Assembly: GCA_964057225.1 (NCBI GenBank)
Contig: OZ059899.1
Coordinates: 4,340,001-4,404,000, forward strand
Length of the DNA: 64,000 nt
From: Auanema rhodensis
Lineage: Eukaryota > Animalia > Nematoda
Reading direction: 5' to 3'
Numbering within the stretch: position 1 is the first letter of the stretch; every line of letters starts with the position of its first letter. Positions 12,187 through 24,100 of the stretch are shown here, piece by piece. Below the pieces are notes generated by a model. The model was not told the DNA's origin, made no database searches, and saw only the letters and a list, made by a program, of their open reading frames with translations. The position numbers and the translations under genes were made by a program.

Positions 12187-15100
12187 ATGTCACTCCTTTT
12201 TGTCAATCATATCAAACAATCTAACCAGTTTCTTGGAGAACTGCTTACACGATACGAGATGGAAGTGAAGGACCTTCCTGGTACTCTGGTAGATTGCGAC
12301 TTCCACACTGAGGAAGAAGAGGAAACCCTCTCTTGCCTTATCATTCGCTGGACAAAAGTCCAACACCAATTCAAAGAATCGTTGAAAAATCATCAAGATA
12401 ACGAGAAAAAATTCCAAAAATTTTACGAAGCATCAGACAAAACGCTTCGTAAAGCATTAGACGAACAGTACATCGCCTTCACATCCGATGAAGACTTTGA
12501 ACCCAACATTAAAAAGGTTCAAAACGCCATTATTGAGCTTGACGAACACATCATGAAAGCCGAACGCATACTTAGAAAGCTGAGAAAAACGCTTCATAAG
12601 AATGAATCTGAGCACAACAGCAATTGCTCAACAGAAAACAATGAAACAGAAAACAAATCGAATGATCAATTTCTGGAAATTATCAAGTCATTCCTACACA
12701 TCCAACAATCTAGCATCCAAAAACCAGCGATGTCGCTACCTACATTTGATGCAAACCAGAGAACTTCAAATCATTTTGGGGCCGTTTTGATAGACTTGTT
12801 CATGATAATGAACAGTTTACAACCTTAGAAAAGGTAAACCTACTCTGTGAAAGCCTCAAAGGCGATTCACAAATAGCAATCCGAGGAATAGAACCCTCTG
12901 CTCAAAATTATGAGCTCATGCGTAAAGCATTAGTTTCTGAATTTGGAGACTATTCGTCGGATATCAATTCTCTTTTAACACAACTACGTAATTTGAGATT
13001 TGCAAGCAATAATGCAAAATCATGTAAAGAAACATTTGGGGAAACCAAGGCACTTATCAGGCAAATTGAAGCAGCCGGAGCTACAGTATCCCGCAAAATG
13101 TGTACCGCGATGATTCTCAACAAATTCCCATACCACATCGTGGAAGACATTCTAATTTATCCAAACAACTACCATTCCACTAAAGAAATGCTGACAGCTG
13201 TAGACCACAAAATCTATTCCTTTTTTCTAAAAGAACAAACAAGAAATAGTCATGAACAAAAGTTTCGAAATCACAAAGAGAATGTCACATCTGTAGCACA
13301 TAAAGAAAACTCCGTAGAACAACGGAAAACCCAAACTTGGCCAAGTGTTTTCTGCGACTCATCCGAACATCGCTTTTATCATTGCACCACATTTGAAACA
13401 CCAGAGAAAAGAAGACACCGCATCCGCGGAAAGGCCATCTGTTGGATTTGTTTTTCCGAGAAACACAAAAGTTCCGAATGCAGAAAACAAAAATGTCGAA
13501 ATTGCCAAGGAGACCATAATTCCTCCTTGTGCTCACAAGGAAGAAAAAACGTGCAAAATATCCAAAAAGATAAAGAAACTCCCACAATTAAAAAAGATCA
13601 GGCTTTACTGATCACCACAGAAGAATTATTGAATAAAAAAACAACAGAATATAAACAAGAATCTGACACTAATAATCGAATCCCTACTGAGGCACTTAAT
13701 GCACCAGTATCGCTTAATCACATTGCCGACACACATAATATTGAAGAAAGTCAAGTAATATTACGAACAGCAATGGCGAACATATACAACCACAATAGTA
13801 AAAAATATGAGCAAGTACGCATGCTCATAGATGAAGGATCCATGAGATCTTTTATATCCAAGGACTTATCCACTAAGTTAGGATTGCCCATCCTTGGTTC
13901 TCAAAAGAAAACCTTTTACGGTATCGGAGCATTGTCCGAAACGCACGAAGTTCAGGACGTAAAGGTAATTATTGGAACCTCAAGTGGATCCCTTATCGTA
14001 ACAAAACTATTCACCAAACCCATGTTAACCACACCCATACGTTGTCCAAAACTATCTAAAGAAGACTTGAAATTTATAAAGACAAGAAAAATAAAATTAG
14101 CCAATCCACAAACAAACGGAGAATCATTTACTCCGGATATACTGATAGGTATGGATAGATACAAACTGTTCATGCATTTAAACGAAGAAACCGAACTCCC
14201 CTCACGTATGAGATTGAAAAATTCGGTATTCGGCCACATGATACATGGAGAAACTCCTCTTCCCGATGATAATACACAACAAGAAGTAATATTATGCTCT
14301 ACAGTAGAAGAAATAACAAAAGAAACCTCTCATAAAGAACTCCTCACTAATCTGTTTGAACTGGATTCTATCGGCATCAATACAGAAAATGCCAACGCAG
14401 ACCGCACTATTGATTACTATGAAGAATACTCAAAAGATATAAAAATTGAGAACAACCGCATTATTGCACCGTTCCCGTTAAAAAATAACTTCAAAAATCT
14501 TAAAAACAACAAAATGCCCGCGTACCATAGATTCGTATCCCTATGGCGAAAGTTACTGCACAATCCAGAAATGCTCTCACACTATACTACAACCATTGAA
14601 AGTTACCTCAAAGATAACATTGTCGAACAAATTCCCAACAATCACCAGGAGCCTTTAGAGTTTTATATGCCCCACCATGGGGTTTGGAAGCCCAGCAAGG
14701 CTAACCCTCTCAGAATCGTTTTTGACGCCTCCGCTAAACAGAAAGACAGCCCATCGTTGAATGAGATAATACACACAGGACGATCATTTATCACATATAT
14801 ACACGACATCATGATCTCCTGCAGAACAAGACCAATATTAATAACATGCGATATCAAAGCCGCATTTTTACAAATACAACTGACAGAGAATCACAAAAAT
14901 CTATGCAAATTCTTTTGGATAAAAAACAAAGAATACCCAATATCTCACAATAATATCATAACCCTTCGATTCAACAGATTACCGTTTGGTATCACTGCAT
15001 CCCCCAGCGTATTGAACATGGGCATAAAATGGTTCTTAGAATCAAAAGTAGACAACCCATTAGCTATCTAAAAGTAGACAACCCATTAGCTAGCTATGGA

Positions 15101-17700
15101 AATACTGAACAACTTATACGTTGACAATATCATTCTTACAGCAAATACAACAGCAGAAGCTATAAAGAAATGTAAAGAAACCCAAAAACTATTTACAGAA
15201 ATAAACATGCATGTTCGCGAATTCTTGTCAAACGACGAACAAGTAATACAGAACCTTCCTGAAGAAGACAGATATCCGAACATGACAACCAAAATACTTG
15301 GCATATCTTTTAATAAAGAACACGACTCCTTCATTATCCCAATAAAAATAACAACGACTCACACAAGTTACACCAAGAGAATTCTGCTCAGTCAGCTACA
15401 CTCAATATTTGATCCCATTGGATTAGCAGCACCATTACTGTTACCTCTCAAACTTATCTTGCGAGAAATCATAAACACAAAATTATCATGGGACCAACCC
15501 ATTGAATCAGATAATATCAAACAATGGGAACAACATATTAATCACATTAACAATCAGCAATTGACCATGAAAAGATATTTTAAATTCTCTGAACATAAAA
15601 CACAGTTATGAGTCTTTGCTGACGCAAGCAACCAAGCCATGGCCGCATGTTCATATTTCCAAACAAACGAGCAGATTAGTTCTCTGCTCAACGGTAAATC
15701 CCGCATAGCACCCAAAAATAAGACCACAATTCCTCGATTAGAATTATTAGCCATCCGCTTAGCAGTACGAATGGCATTAGCTATTGTAACCATATGCCCG
15801 AAAGTGGCAAAAGTCAACATTGTAAGCGATAGCAACATCGCGCTATCATGGATTATTTCTCTAAAATCCCTCCCACTGTTCATTAAAAATCAAACAAACA
15901 TTATAAATAAACAGCTACACCAAATCAAACAAGTATGTTGCAATGTAGAATTACATCATGTACAAACCTCGTACAATACTGCAGACATCGGATCCCGAGG
16001 TGCAGACATCGAGAAACTACAAGATTCCGACTGGATAAAGGGTCCACATTGGTTAACTAAACTTTCCGCTCATAACCCTCTGGCATCATTCGGCTCGCCT
16101 AAGAACTCTAACAGGAATAACGCAGAATCAGAATCGGAGCATCACAATGTGGTCCACATAATTATAGACAATCTTCCAACCGATGATATTTGGAACATTC
16201 GTGAAAACTATGATGATGTGATCAAAACAATGACAACCGTAGGAAAATTATTCAAAAAATGGTTTCTTAAAGTCCATCCTAACAACGCCAACAAGTTGCA
16301 AAAAATAAAACATCTCACATCAACAGATACGAATACTGTTGAAGACATCAACATAATTGAAAAAATTTTGATCAGTAACAGCCAATCTAATATGAGCCTC
16401 GATGAGCTACAGCAAAGAAATATAAATTTAAAATTCTTCAAAGATACATGGGACATTTATCGCGTAAGAAGTCGTTTACAAAATACTCTTCTTCCCGAAG
16501 AGACAAAAAACCCTATATTCCTTCTCAAAACAAACCCCATAGTTAAAAAACTGATCAACAAAATACACAAAGATAATAATCATCAAGGCAAAAATTTCAC
16601 GCTTATTCAACTCAGACAAAAGTTCTATATACCAAAAATAACCGGAGTCATTAAGCAAACATTGAAAAACTGTGTGACATGTAAAAGATTTCAATCACAT
16701 CCTTATGAATTTCCAGATATGCCATCGCTACCAAAAGACAGAGCAATTCTTACAAGAGCATTCTTTTCAACAGGGTGTGATCTTATGGGCCCCTTCACCC
16801 TTCGAAATGGGTCTAAAGTCCATATTTGTCTGTTTACATGCATGACAACTAGAGCGGTTCACTTAGAGGTAGTCACCAATCAATCCACAGTTGCCTTTAT
16901 GAATGCATTTAATAGATTTATTTCACGCAGAGGTACTCCAGAAATTATGCGCAGTGACTGCGCAGGAAACTTTATTCTGAGCTCAAAAATATTAGAAACC
17001 CTTGAAAAAACCTCGGATTAGAATGAAAGTAGCATACTAAACACATTAGCTCAAAGAAAAATTAAATGGATATACAACACTCCGCTATCTCCTTGGAAAG
17101 GAGGTTGTTGGGAACGCTTAGTAGGTGTCACCAAATCATCCCTCAAAAAATGCTTCGTTCCTAGTCAAATGTCACTAGATGATTTACACACAGCTATTGT
17201 AAAAATAGAAGCCATAATTAATACACGCCCACTCACTCATCCACACCCAGATAATTTAGATGCTTTACCCATAAGACCAATTGATTTTTTAACATCAGCA
17301 ATAAAGTTTTCATTACCAGAAAACAATGATAACACTCATATATTCGATATTCACAGCGATATCCAAACGATTCAATCGACAGAACAAGCGCTAGAAGCTC
17401 TTCAGTTATCAGAAGACTCAGCGTCTAAATTCTGGACACGTTTCCAGGAGGAGTATCTAACTAGTTTAAAAGACATTTTCAAACATAAAAACAAGAGAAA
17501 AAATCACACAAATCTCTTTCCTCACAAGGATGAAATAGTAATAATACAAAACGACATGTCGCCACGAGGAACATGGAAACTAGGTCGCATTATTGAAACA
17601 ATTACTAGTTCAGATGGCAACATACGTTCAGCAAAAGTTGCAACAAGCAACGGAAACATAATTACTCGATCCATCAATCAGCTCTATCCACTAGAGATAA
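12187..17700 (+). pseudogene. BEL/Pao gag-pro-RT-RNaseH-integrase polyprotein, disrupted
   Basis: ORF pieces 12187-12828, 12918-15071, 15096-15611, 15639-17021 and 17169 onward join into one polyprotein. Lesions: 1-nt deletion near 12751 (LPTFD/KPENFKSFW), 30-bp insertion with stops at 15067-15096, TGA at 15609-15611 just before VFADAS, TAG at 17019-17021. Motifs: LIDEGS protease, YVDN RT, HHCC zinc domain, CDLMGP/RSDCAGNF/WERL integrase triad. Confidence 0.93.
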
Positions 17701-20147
17701 GATGCAACACTAGCAACAACAAAATCATAGAAGACAACTCACACATAGTCCAAGAAAATAATAGCTCAACAGATAGAATAGCACATACTGATACCGTATT
17801 AGACAACATACACTCCGATCATCATATAGAACATACAGATGAAACAATACATGAGAACAATAACATAAATGATAGCAACCATAATTACGATATTGCATAT
17901 GAATCAGACAACTCTCAACATGATAATACATACACTCCAGAAACAGAGAATAATGAGGATGCAACAAACGATCGACCTCAAAATAAAACAAAACTATCAT
18001 CAGTGAAAACAGCAAAATATACAGAACAAGATGAGGTCACTGAGAAGGAAAATATAAAAGCTTTCCCACTAAAAATGTCCTATGCCACACACCAAAGAAA
18101 AAATAAAATAAACCCAAAAATAGCAGCTGACATAATGAAAGCCCTTTCATTACCGATTATAATTACTTCGACATATGCCGAAGAAATCAATAGTTGCAAG
18201 GACTCTAACATGTTCACCACAAAACTTATAGCGAATCCTCATTGCTCCCCAGAAATGGCAACATGGACAGTGATAATAACCATTATGGCAGTTACCCTCA
18301 TAGTCTCTTGTCTATGCCGCATGGGCTACAGCCAATATAGATATAAGATATGGTCCAAAAACACTCAAACCATGCTCAACATCATGAAATTAAAACATAA
18401 AACAATCTCCGAACAAGAAGATCATGAAACTGATCAAAAAATAACAGAAGACCACAATGATACGTTGCAATTAAAACAAACGAACACACAAGACGCTAAT
18501 ATTGTGGATCATGAAACCTTTCAAAAGCATATTTACCCTATTCTAAACCATACGAGAAAGCCACCAAAATTCTCTCTCTTTACTAGAGGGTCGCAAACAT
18601 CTTTACCATCGTTACTGGCAATCATCTTGGCTTTATGTATTGGAAGCTGCAGTTCATGTTCCGATGTTCATGTTCAACACTTCGTTAACATACGATGCGA
18701 TGACAACTTAGCTTGTTATCACGAATACAGTCAAGATATCATATTTTCTCCCGGAACAAAACAATTATGCATTACCATAACGCATTCTAATCATGAAATT
18801 GGTCAATTTAAAATAACTAAACTATATACTGAACATGTCTGCCAAAAGAATACTAGATACTTCACTAGACAGACAACCGTCAACATATTGAGCATATTAC
18901 GATGCCGTCACCGGGGCTCGTGTGACGGAACATGTGAAACTAACTCGCTCCATAATAAAATCGAGGAACTACAACCATATACGTTCCCTTCACAATCAGG
19001 TTGCTTCACATCGTCAGCGAGATTTTACACATGTCCTATGATTTGGACAGATCCTTGTCTTTTTTACAAAATAGAGCATATACCCGTCACTGAGGAAGTA
19101 TACGAAGTCTATACTTGTGATAGTTGGTCCACCCAAACCGTATTTAATATAGAAACAACATTACTCCAGCAGAAAAATAATTACAATATCACTCTACAAC
19201 CTTACACGAAAAATCGTGAACAACTTTTCAATATAACAACGTTATCACAATCACAACCTCCTCCAAAAATGTACACAAAATTATTTTTTTCCTCCAAAGA
19301 AAACACGTACATTACGGATATACACACAAAGGGAATATTTCAATGTGCAACAGAGGAAGCCGCATTAAAACATTTTAATAACTGTACAGTATCCTCATTC
19401 TGCCCTTGCACATTCAATAGATTTGATGAAATAAAATGTAGGTGTGATACCCCTACTTTTGAAAAAATGTCCAATACATCAGACATAAAATCTCCTAACC
19501 AAAACTTTAAAACTAAAGATAACACGTTATCATTCTCTACGAATTTAGACGAAAATTTAGTTACGGTCGATTCATCCCTATTCTTAAACTCAGTGATTTT
19601 CTCCAACAATTTGCCTTGCGCACCTGCCCTGACAAAACTATCAGGTTGCTACTCCTGCGGGCAGGGTGCATTCGCAGAATTCCAATGCCTTACGGCAGAA
19701 GAAACATGGATTTCTATCGAATGTCAAAAAGAAGTATTCATGATAAAATGCTCTCCAAAAGTAGCAATCACAAAAGTAACAATGAAAAGAGAAAATTCTC
19801 AGATTGATGAATTATGCTATACCACATGCGACAATAAAAAAATTAAGATCATTATTAAAGGAATATTACATCACATAGCAAGCATAGATGAAATAAACGA
19901 AAGTGACTCAAGTAAGGGTACAGAATCCAAATCCATTGACTTCGCTCCAATCTTCAAGTTAATTTTATCAAAGTTGGGAATCATATTGATAGGCGTTGCA
20001 ATAACCGCCACCATAGGATATCTGGCATGTACACCCATCATGTACTGTGTAGTTTTGAATACAGTCTTAACCACACAATGGATAGCTACCAGGATATTCA
20101 CACTGTGGATAAAATCAAAAGCCTTATTTCGGGATCAAAGATTTTAA
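17169..20147 (+). CDS. env: Integrase C-terminus fused to an env region ending in a phlebovirus Gc-like class II fusion glycoprotein (Gc approx. 18657-20147)
   Basis: Internal signal LLAIILALCIGSCSS/CSD; Cys pattern CQKNTRYFTR, RCRHRGSCDGTC, CLFY, YEVYTCDSW, LSGCYSCGQGA typical of phlebovirus G2/Gc and nematode BEL/Pao env; C-terminal transmembrane segments. In the intact element this would be the end of the polyprotein. Confidence 0.88.
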   Translation: MSLDDLHTAIVKIEAIINTRPLTHPHPDNLDALPIRPIDFLTSAIKFSLPENNDNTHIFDIHSDIQTIQSTEQALEALQLSEDSASKFWTRFQEEYLTSLKDIFKHKNKRKNHTNLFPHKDEIVIIQNDMSPRGTWKLGRIIETITSSDGNIRSAKVATSNGNIITRSINQLYPLEIRCNTSNNKIIEDNSHIVQENNSSTDRIAHTDTVLDNIHSDHHIEHTDETIHENNNINDSNHNYDIAYESDNSQHDNTYTPETENNEDATNDRPQNKTKLSSVKTAKYTEQDEVTEKENIKAFPLKMSYATHQRKNKINPKIAADIMKALSLPIIITSTYAEEINSCKDSNMFTTKLIANPHCSPEMATWTVIITIMAVTLIVSCLCRMGYSQYRYKIWSKNTQTMLNIMKLKHKTISEQEDHETDQKITEDHNDTLQLKQTNTQDANIVDHETFQKHIYPILNHTRKPPKFSLFTRGSQTSLPSLLAIILALCIGSCSSCSDVHVQHFVNIRCDDNLACYHEYSQDIIFSPGTKQLCITITHSNHEIGQFKITKLYTEHVCQKNTRYFTRQTTVNILSILRCRHRGSCDGTCETNSLHNKIEELQPYTFPSQSGCFTSSARFYTCPMIWTDPCLFYKIEHIPVTEEVYEVYTCDSWSTQTVFNIETTLLQQKNNYNITLQPYTKNREQLFNITTLSQSQPPPKMYTKLFFSSKENTYITDIHTKGIFQCATEEAALKHFNNCTVSSFCPCTFNRFDEIKCRCDTPTFEKMSNTSDIKSPNQNFKTKDNTLSFSTNLDENLVTVDSSLFLNSVIFSNNLPCAPALTKLSGCYSCGQGAFAEFQCLTAEETWISIECQKEVFMIKCSPKVAITKVTMKRENSQIDELCYTTCDNKKIKIIIKGILHHIASIDEINESDSSKGTESKSIDFAPIFKLILSKLGIILIGVAITATIGYLACTPIMYCVVLNTVLTTQWIATRIFTLWIKSKALFRDQRF

Positions 20148-20437
20148 AAGCATAAGAGAAGAATTTCTTGTGGAGATAAAATTTAAAATTAAAAATTGAA
20201 ATAATAATGAAACAAAAGAAAAAGAAAGCATTATGTACGAATATAACCATTGTAATAAAACAATATCATTGTTTTTCTTTCTTTTCAATTTATGGTAGTA
20301 TCAAGTTTCTTTTATCAGTTACATAACACATAACCTTTTGTACAGGCTCTAAAATTCATTGTATCTGTAACAAGATAACCTAAACACACCATTGTACAAT
20401 AAACTAATAGATGTTAATCAGCGTTTAAAGTCCAGAT

Positions 20438-20950
20438 GTGAACATGTATATAAGGATGCAGCTCATGTTTCTCCTATATTCCATGAAAATGGAAGATATT
20501 GTCTCGAATATAATTGAGAATGCTTCCTTTGAGGAAGAGCTCAAAAAATATTCCCATCTACCTAACACTGCTGCCAATCTGAGGCAACTAATTGTGCTTG
20601 AAAAGAGGCTCTACGAGCACCTAGCTAGCGCGGTGAACCATCTATCCGAACGACTGGACAATATTCAACATTCGTTAAATCTGAAACTAGACAATTTGAC
20701 CATTCAGACTGCTCCTAAAGCTTCATGTGTATTCTGCAATAAACCGACAGCTGATGGGCACCGTACTGCGGCCTGTCCGATTTATCCTTCCTCACCGGAA
20801 CGCACTCTCCGTCTTCATGAACTGGGGTTATGCATCAGATGTTTGAATCAAAAACATCCAGCGATTTGCGAGGTATCCTGCTATAGATGTAAGGCGGATA
20901 CGCATCATGGAGTGGTTTGTGGTGATATAAAACGTAAAAGACCTTTGTAG
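20438..20950 (+). CDS. Accessory ORF with helical N-terminus and three Cys/His zinc knuckles (true start probably one of the ATGs at 20444-20489)
   Basis: CVFC-x7-H-x4-C, CIRC-x4-H-x3-C and CYRC-x4-HH-x3-C motifs; basic C-terminus KRKRPL; ends 30 bp before the 3' LTR. Confidence 0.8.
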   Translation: MNMYIRMQLMFLLYSMKMEDIVSNIIENASFEEELKKYSHLPNTAANLRQLIVLEKRLYEHLASAVNHLSERLDNIQHSLNLKLDNLTIQTAPKASCVFCNKPTADGHRTAACPIYPSSPERTLRLHELGLCIRCLNQKHPAICEVSCYRCKADTHHGVVCGDIKRKRPL

Positions 20951-20972
20951 GCCTTCTTCTCATTCCCGCATT

Positions 20973-20980
20973 GCCGGGAG
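20973..20980 (+). promoter_or_regulatory. Short polypurine tract of the BEL/Pao element
   Basis: GCCGGGAG lies immediately before the TGT of the 3' LTR. Confidence 0.65.
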
Positions 20981-21046
20981 TGTCGCGATAAGCGAGTGAG
21001 TTTGTATAATTTTTTATCTTCAACAATTGTTTTATTTGTTTCTCCT

Positions 21047-21080
<34 letters not shown>

Positions 21081-21139
21081 TTCTTCTTTCTTCTAACTTC
21101 CTAAGTAATTTTTATCCATACCACATGTTGTGCGCCACA
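20981..21139 (+). repeat. BEL/Pao 3' LTR, internally deleted (159 bp)
   Basis: Matches the 5' LTR up to ...cacatgttgtg, then jumps to the terminal cgccaca; the equivalent of 11701-11891 (191 bp) is missing; (TC)14 versus (TC)9; two G>A differences. Confidence 0.92.
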
Positions 21140-24100
21140 ACTTTTAGTTGTGAATATTAATCTCCTAATCTAATTTTTCTTTCAATCATTTTGTAAATTT
21201 CCTGAAAAAAAATATAGAAAAGTAAAGAACTTGAAGAATTAAACCAAAACTACTGTTGGAGATATGGGGAATCGAACCCCAGACTTCTCGCATGCAAAGC
21301 GAGCGCTCTACCCCTGAGCTATATCCCCACATTCGACAGAGTTAATGACTGTGAGTTTGTTCGAACTTGAAGAACCTCTTGATCAAAAATTTTAGTTGTG
21401 AATATTAATCTCCTAATCTAATTTTTCTTTCAATCATTTTGTAAATTTCCTGAAAAAAAATATAGAAAAGTAAAGAACTTGAAGAATTAAACCAAAACTA
21501 CTGTTGGAGATATGGGGAATCGAACCCCAGACTTCTTGCATGCAAAGCGAGCGCTCTACCCCTGAGCTATATCCCCACATTTGACAGAATATATGACTGT
21601 GAGTTTGTTCAAACTTGAAGAACCTCTTGAACAAAAATTTTAGTTGTGAATATTAATCTCCTAATCTAATTTTTCTTTCAATCATTTTGTAAATTTCCTG
21701 AAAAAAAATATAGAAAAGTAAAGAACTTGAAGAATTAAACCAAAACTACTGTTGGAGATATGGGGAATCGAACCCCAGACTTCTCGCATGCAAAGCGAGC
21801 GCTCTACCCCTGAGCTATATCCCCACATTTGACAGAATATATGACTGTGAGTTTGTTCAAACTTGAAGAACCTCTTGAACAAAAATTTTAGTTGTGAATA
21901 TTAATCTCCTAATCTAATTTTTGTTTCAATCATTTTGTAAATCTCTTGAAAAAAAATATAGAAAAGTTAAGAACTCGAAGAATAAAACCAAAACTACTGT
22001 TGGAGATATGGGGAATCGAACCCCAGACTTCTCGCATGCAAAGCGAGCGCTCTACCCCTGAGCTATATCCCCACATTCGACAGAATATATGACCGTGAGT
22101 TTGTTCAAACTTGAAGAACCTCTTAATCAAAAATTTTAGTTGTGAATATTAATCTTCTAATCTAATTTTTGTTTCAATCATTTTGTAAATCTCTTGAAAA
22201 AAAATATAGAAAAGTAAAGAACTTGAAGAATAAAACCAAAACTACTGTTGGAGATATGGGGAATCGAACCCCAGACTTCTCGCATGCAAAGCGAGCGCTC
22301 GACCCCTGAGCTATATCCCCACATTTGACAGAATATATGACTGTGAGTTTTTTCAAACTTGAAAAACCTCTTGAACAAAAATTTTAGTTGTGAATATTAA
22401 TCTCCTAATCTAATTTTTGTTTCAATCATTTCGTAAATCTCTTGAAAAAAAATATAGAAAAGTAAAGAACTTGAAGAATAAAACCAAAACTACTGTTGGA
22501 GATATGGGGAATCGAACCCCAGACTTCTCGCATGCAAAGCGAGCGCTCGACCCCTGAGCTATATCCCCACAATTGACAGAATATATGACTGTGAGTTTTT
22601 TCAAACTTGAAGAAGCTCTTGATCAAAAATTTTAGTTGTAAATATTAATCTCCTAATCTAATTTTTGTTTCCATCATTTTGTAAATCTCTTGAAAAAAAA
22701 TATAGAAAAGTTAAGAACTCGAAGAATAAAACCAAAACTACTGTTGGAGATATGGGGAATCGAACCCCAGACTTCTCGCATGCAAAGCGAGCGCTCTACC
22801 CCTGAGCTATATCCCCACATTCGACAGAATATATGACCGTGAGTTTGTTCAAACTTGAAGAACCTCTTGATCAAAAATTTTAGTTGTGAATATTAATCTC
22901 CTAATCTAATTTTTGTTTCAATCATTTTGTAAATCTCTTGAAAAAAAATATAGAAAAGTTAAGAACTCGAAGAATAAAACCAAAACTACTGTTGGAGATA
23001 TGGGGAATCGAACCCCAGACTTCTCGCATGCAAAGCGAGCGCTCTACCCCTGAGCTATATCCCCACATTCGACAAAATATATGACTGTGAGTTTGTTCAA
23101 ACTTGAAGAACCTCTTGATCAAAAATTTTAGTTGTGAATATTAATTTCCTAATCTAATTTTTCTTTCAATCATTTTGTAAATCTCCTGAAAAAAAATATA
23201 TGAAAGTAAAGAACTTGAAGAATAAAACCAAAACTACTGTTGGAGATATGGGGAATCGAACCCCAGATTTCTCGCATGCAAAGCGAGCGCTCTACCCCTG
23301 AGCTATATCCCCACATTCGACAGAATATATGACTGTGAGTTTGTTCAAACTTGAAGAACCTCTTGATCAAAAATTTTAGTTGTGAATATTAATCTCCTAA
23401 TCTAATTTTTGTTTTAATCATTTTGTAAATCTCCTGAAAAAAAAAATATAAAAGTAAAGAACTTGAAGAATAAAACCAAAACTACTGTTGGAGATATGGG
23501 GAATCGAACCCCAGACTTCTCGCATGCAAAGCAAGCGCTCTACCCCTGAGCTATATCCCCACATTCGACAGAATATATGACCGTGAGTTTGTTCAAACTT
23601 GAAGAACCTCTTAATCAAAAATTTTAGTTGTGAATATTAATCTTCTAATCTAATTTTTGTTTCAATCATTTTGTTAATCTCTTGAAAAAAAATATAGAAA
23701 AGTTAAGAACTCGAAGAATAAAACCAAAACTACTGTTGGAGATATGGGGAATCGAACCCCAGACTTCTCGCATGCAAAGCGAGCGCTCTACCCCTGAGAT
23801 ATATCCCCACATTCGACAGAATATATGACTGTGAGTTTGTTCAAACTTGAAGAACCTCTTGATCAAAAATTTTGGTTGTGAATATTAATTTCATAATCTA
23901 ATTTTTCTTTCAATCATTTTGTAAATCTCCTGAAAAAAAATATAGAAAAGTAAAGAACTTGAAGAATAAAACCAAAACTACTGTTGGAGATATGGGGAAT
24001 CGAACCCCAGATTTCTCGCATGCAAAGCGAGAGCTCTACCCCTGAGCTATATCCCCACATTCGACAGAATATATGACTGTGAGTTTGTTCAAACTTGAAG

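Larger units (their letters stand above)
11559..21139 (+). mobile_element. BEL/Pao (Belpaoviridae) LTR retrotransposon with env, decayed
   Basis: TG...CA LTR pair, primer-binding site (PBS), purine tract, and gag (three Cys/His knuckles)-protease-RT (YVDN)-RNase H-integrase-env order with Pao-type motifs (PHHGV, LRIVFDAS, RLPFG, FDPIG, TIPRLELLA, PWKGGCWERLVG, WKLGRI, RSINQLYPLE). Confidence 0.96.

Noticed and set aside
12740-12830. Programmed gag frameshift in the BEL/Pao element
   Set aside because: The shift falls inside the conserved LPTFDG..F..FW gag motif and is explained by loss of one G; BEL/Pao elements normally have a single ORF.
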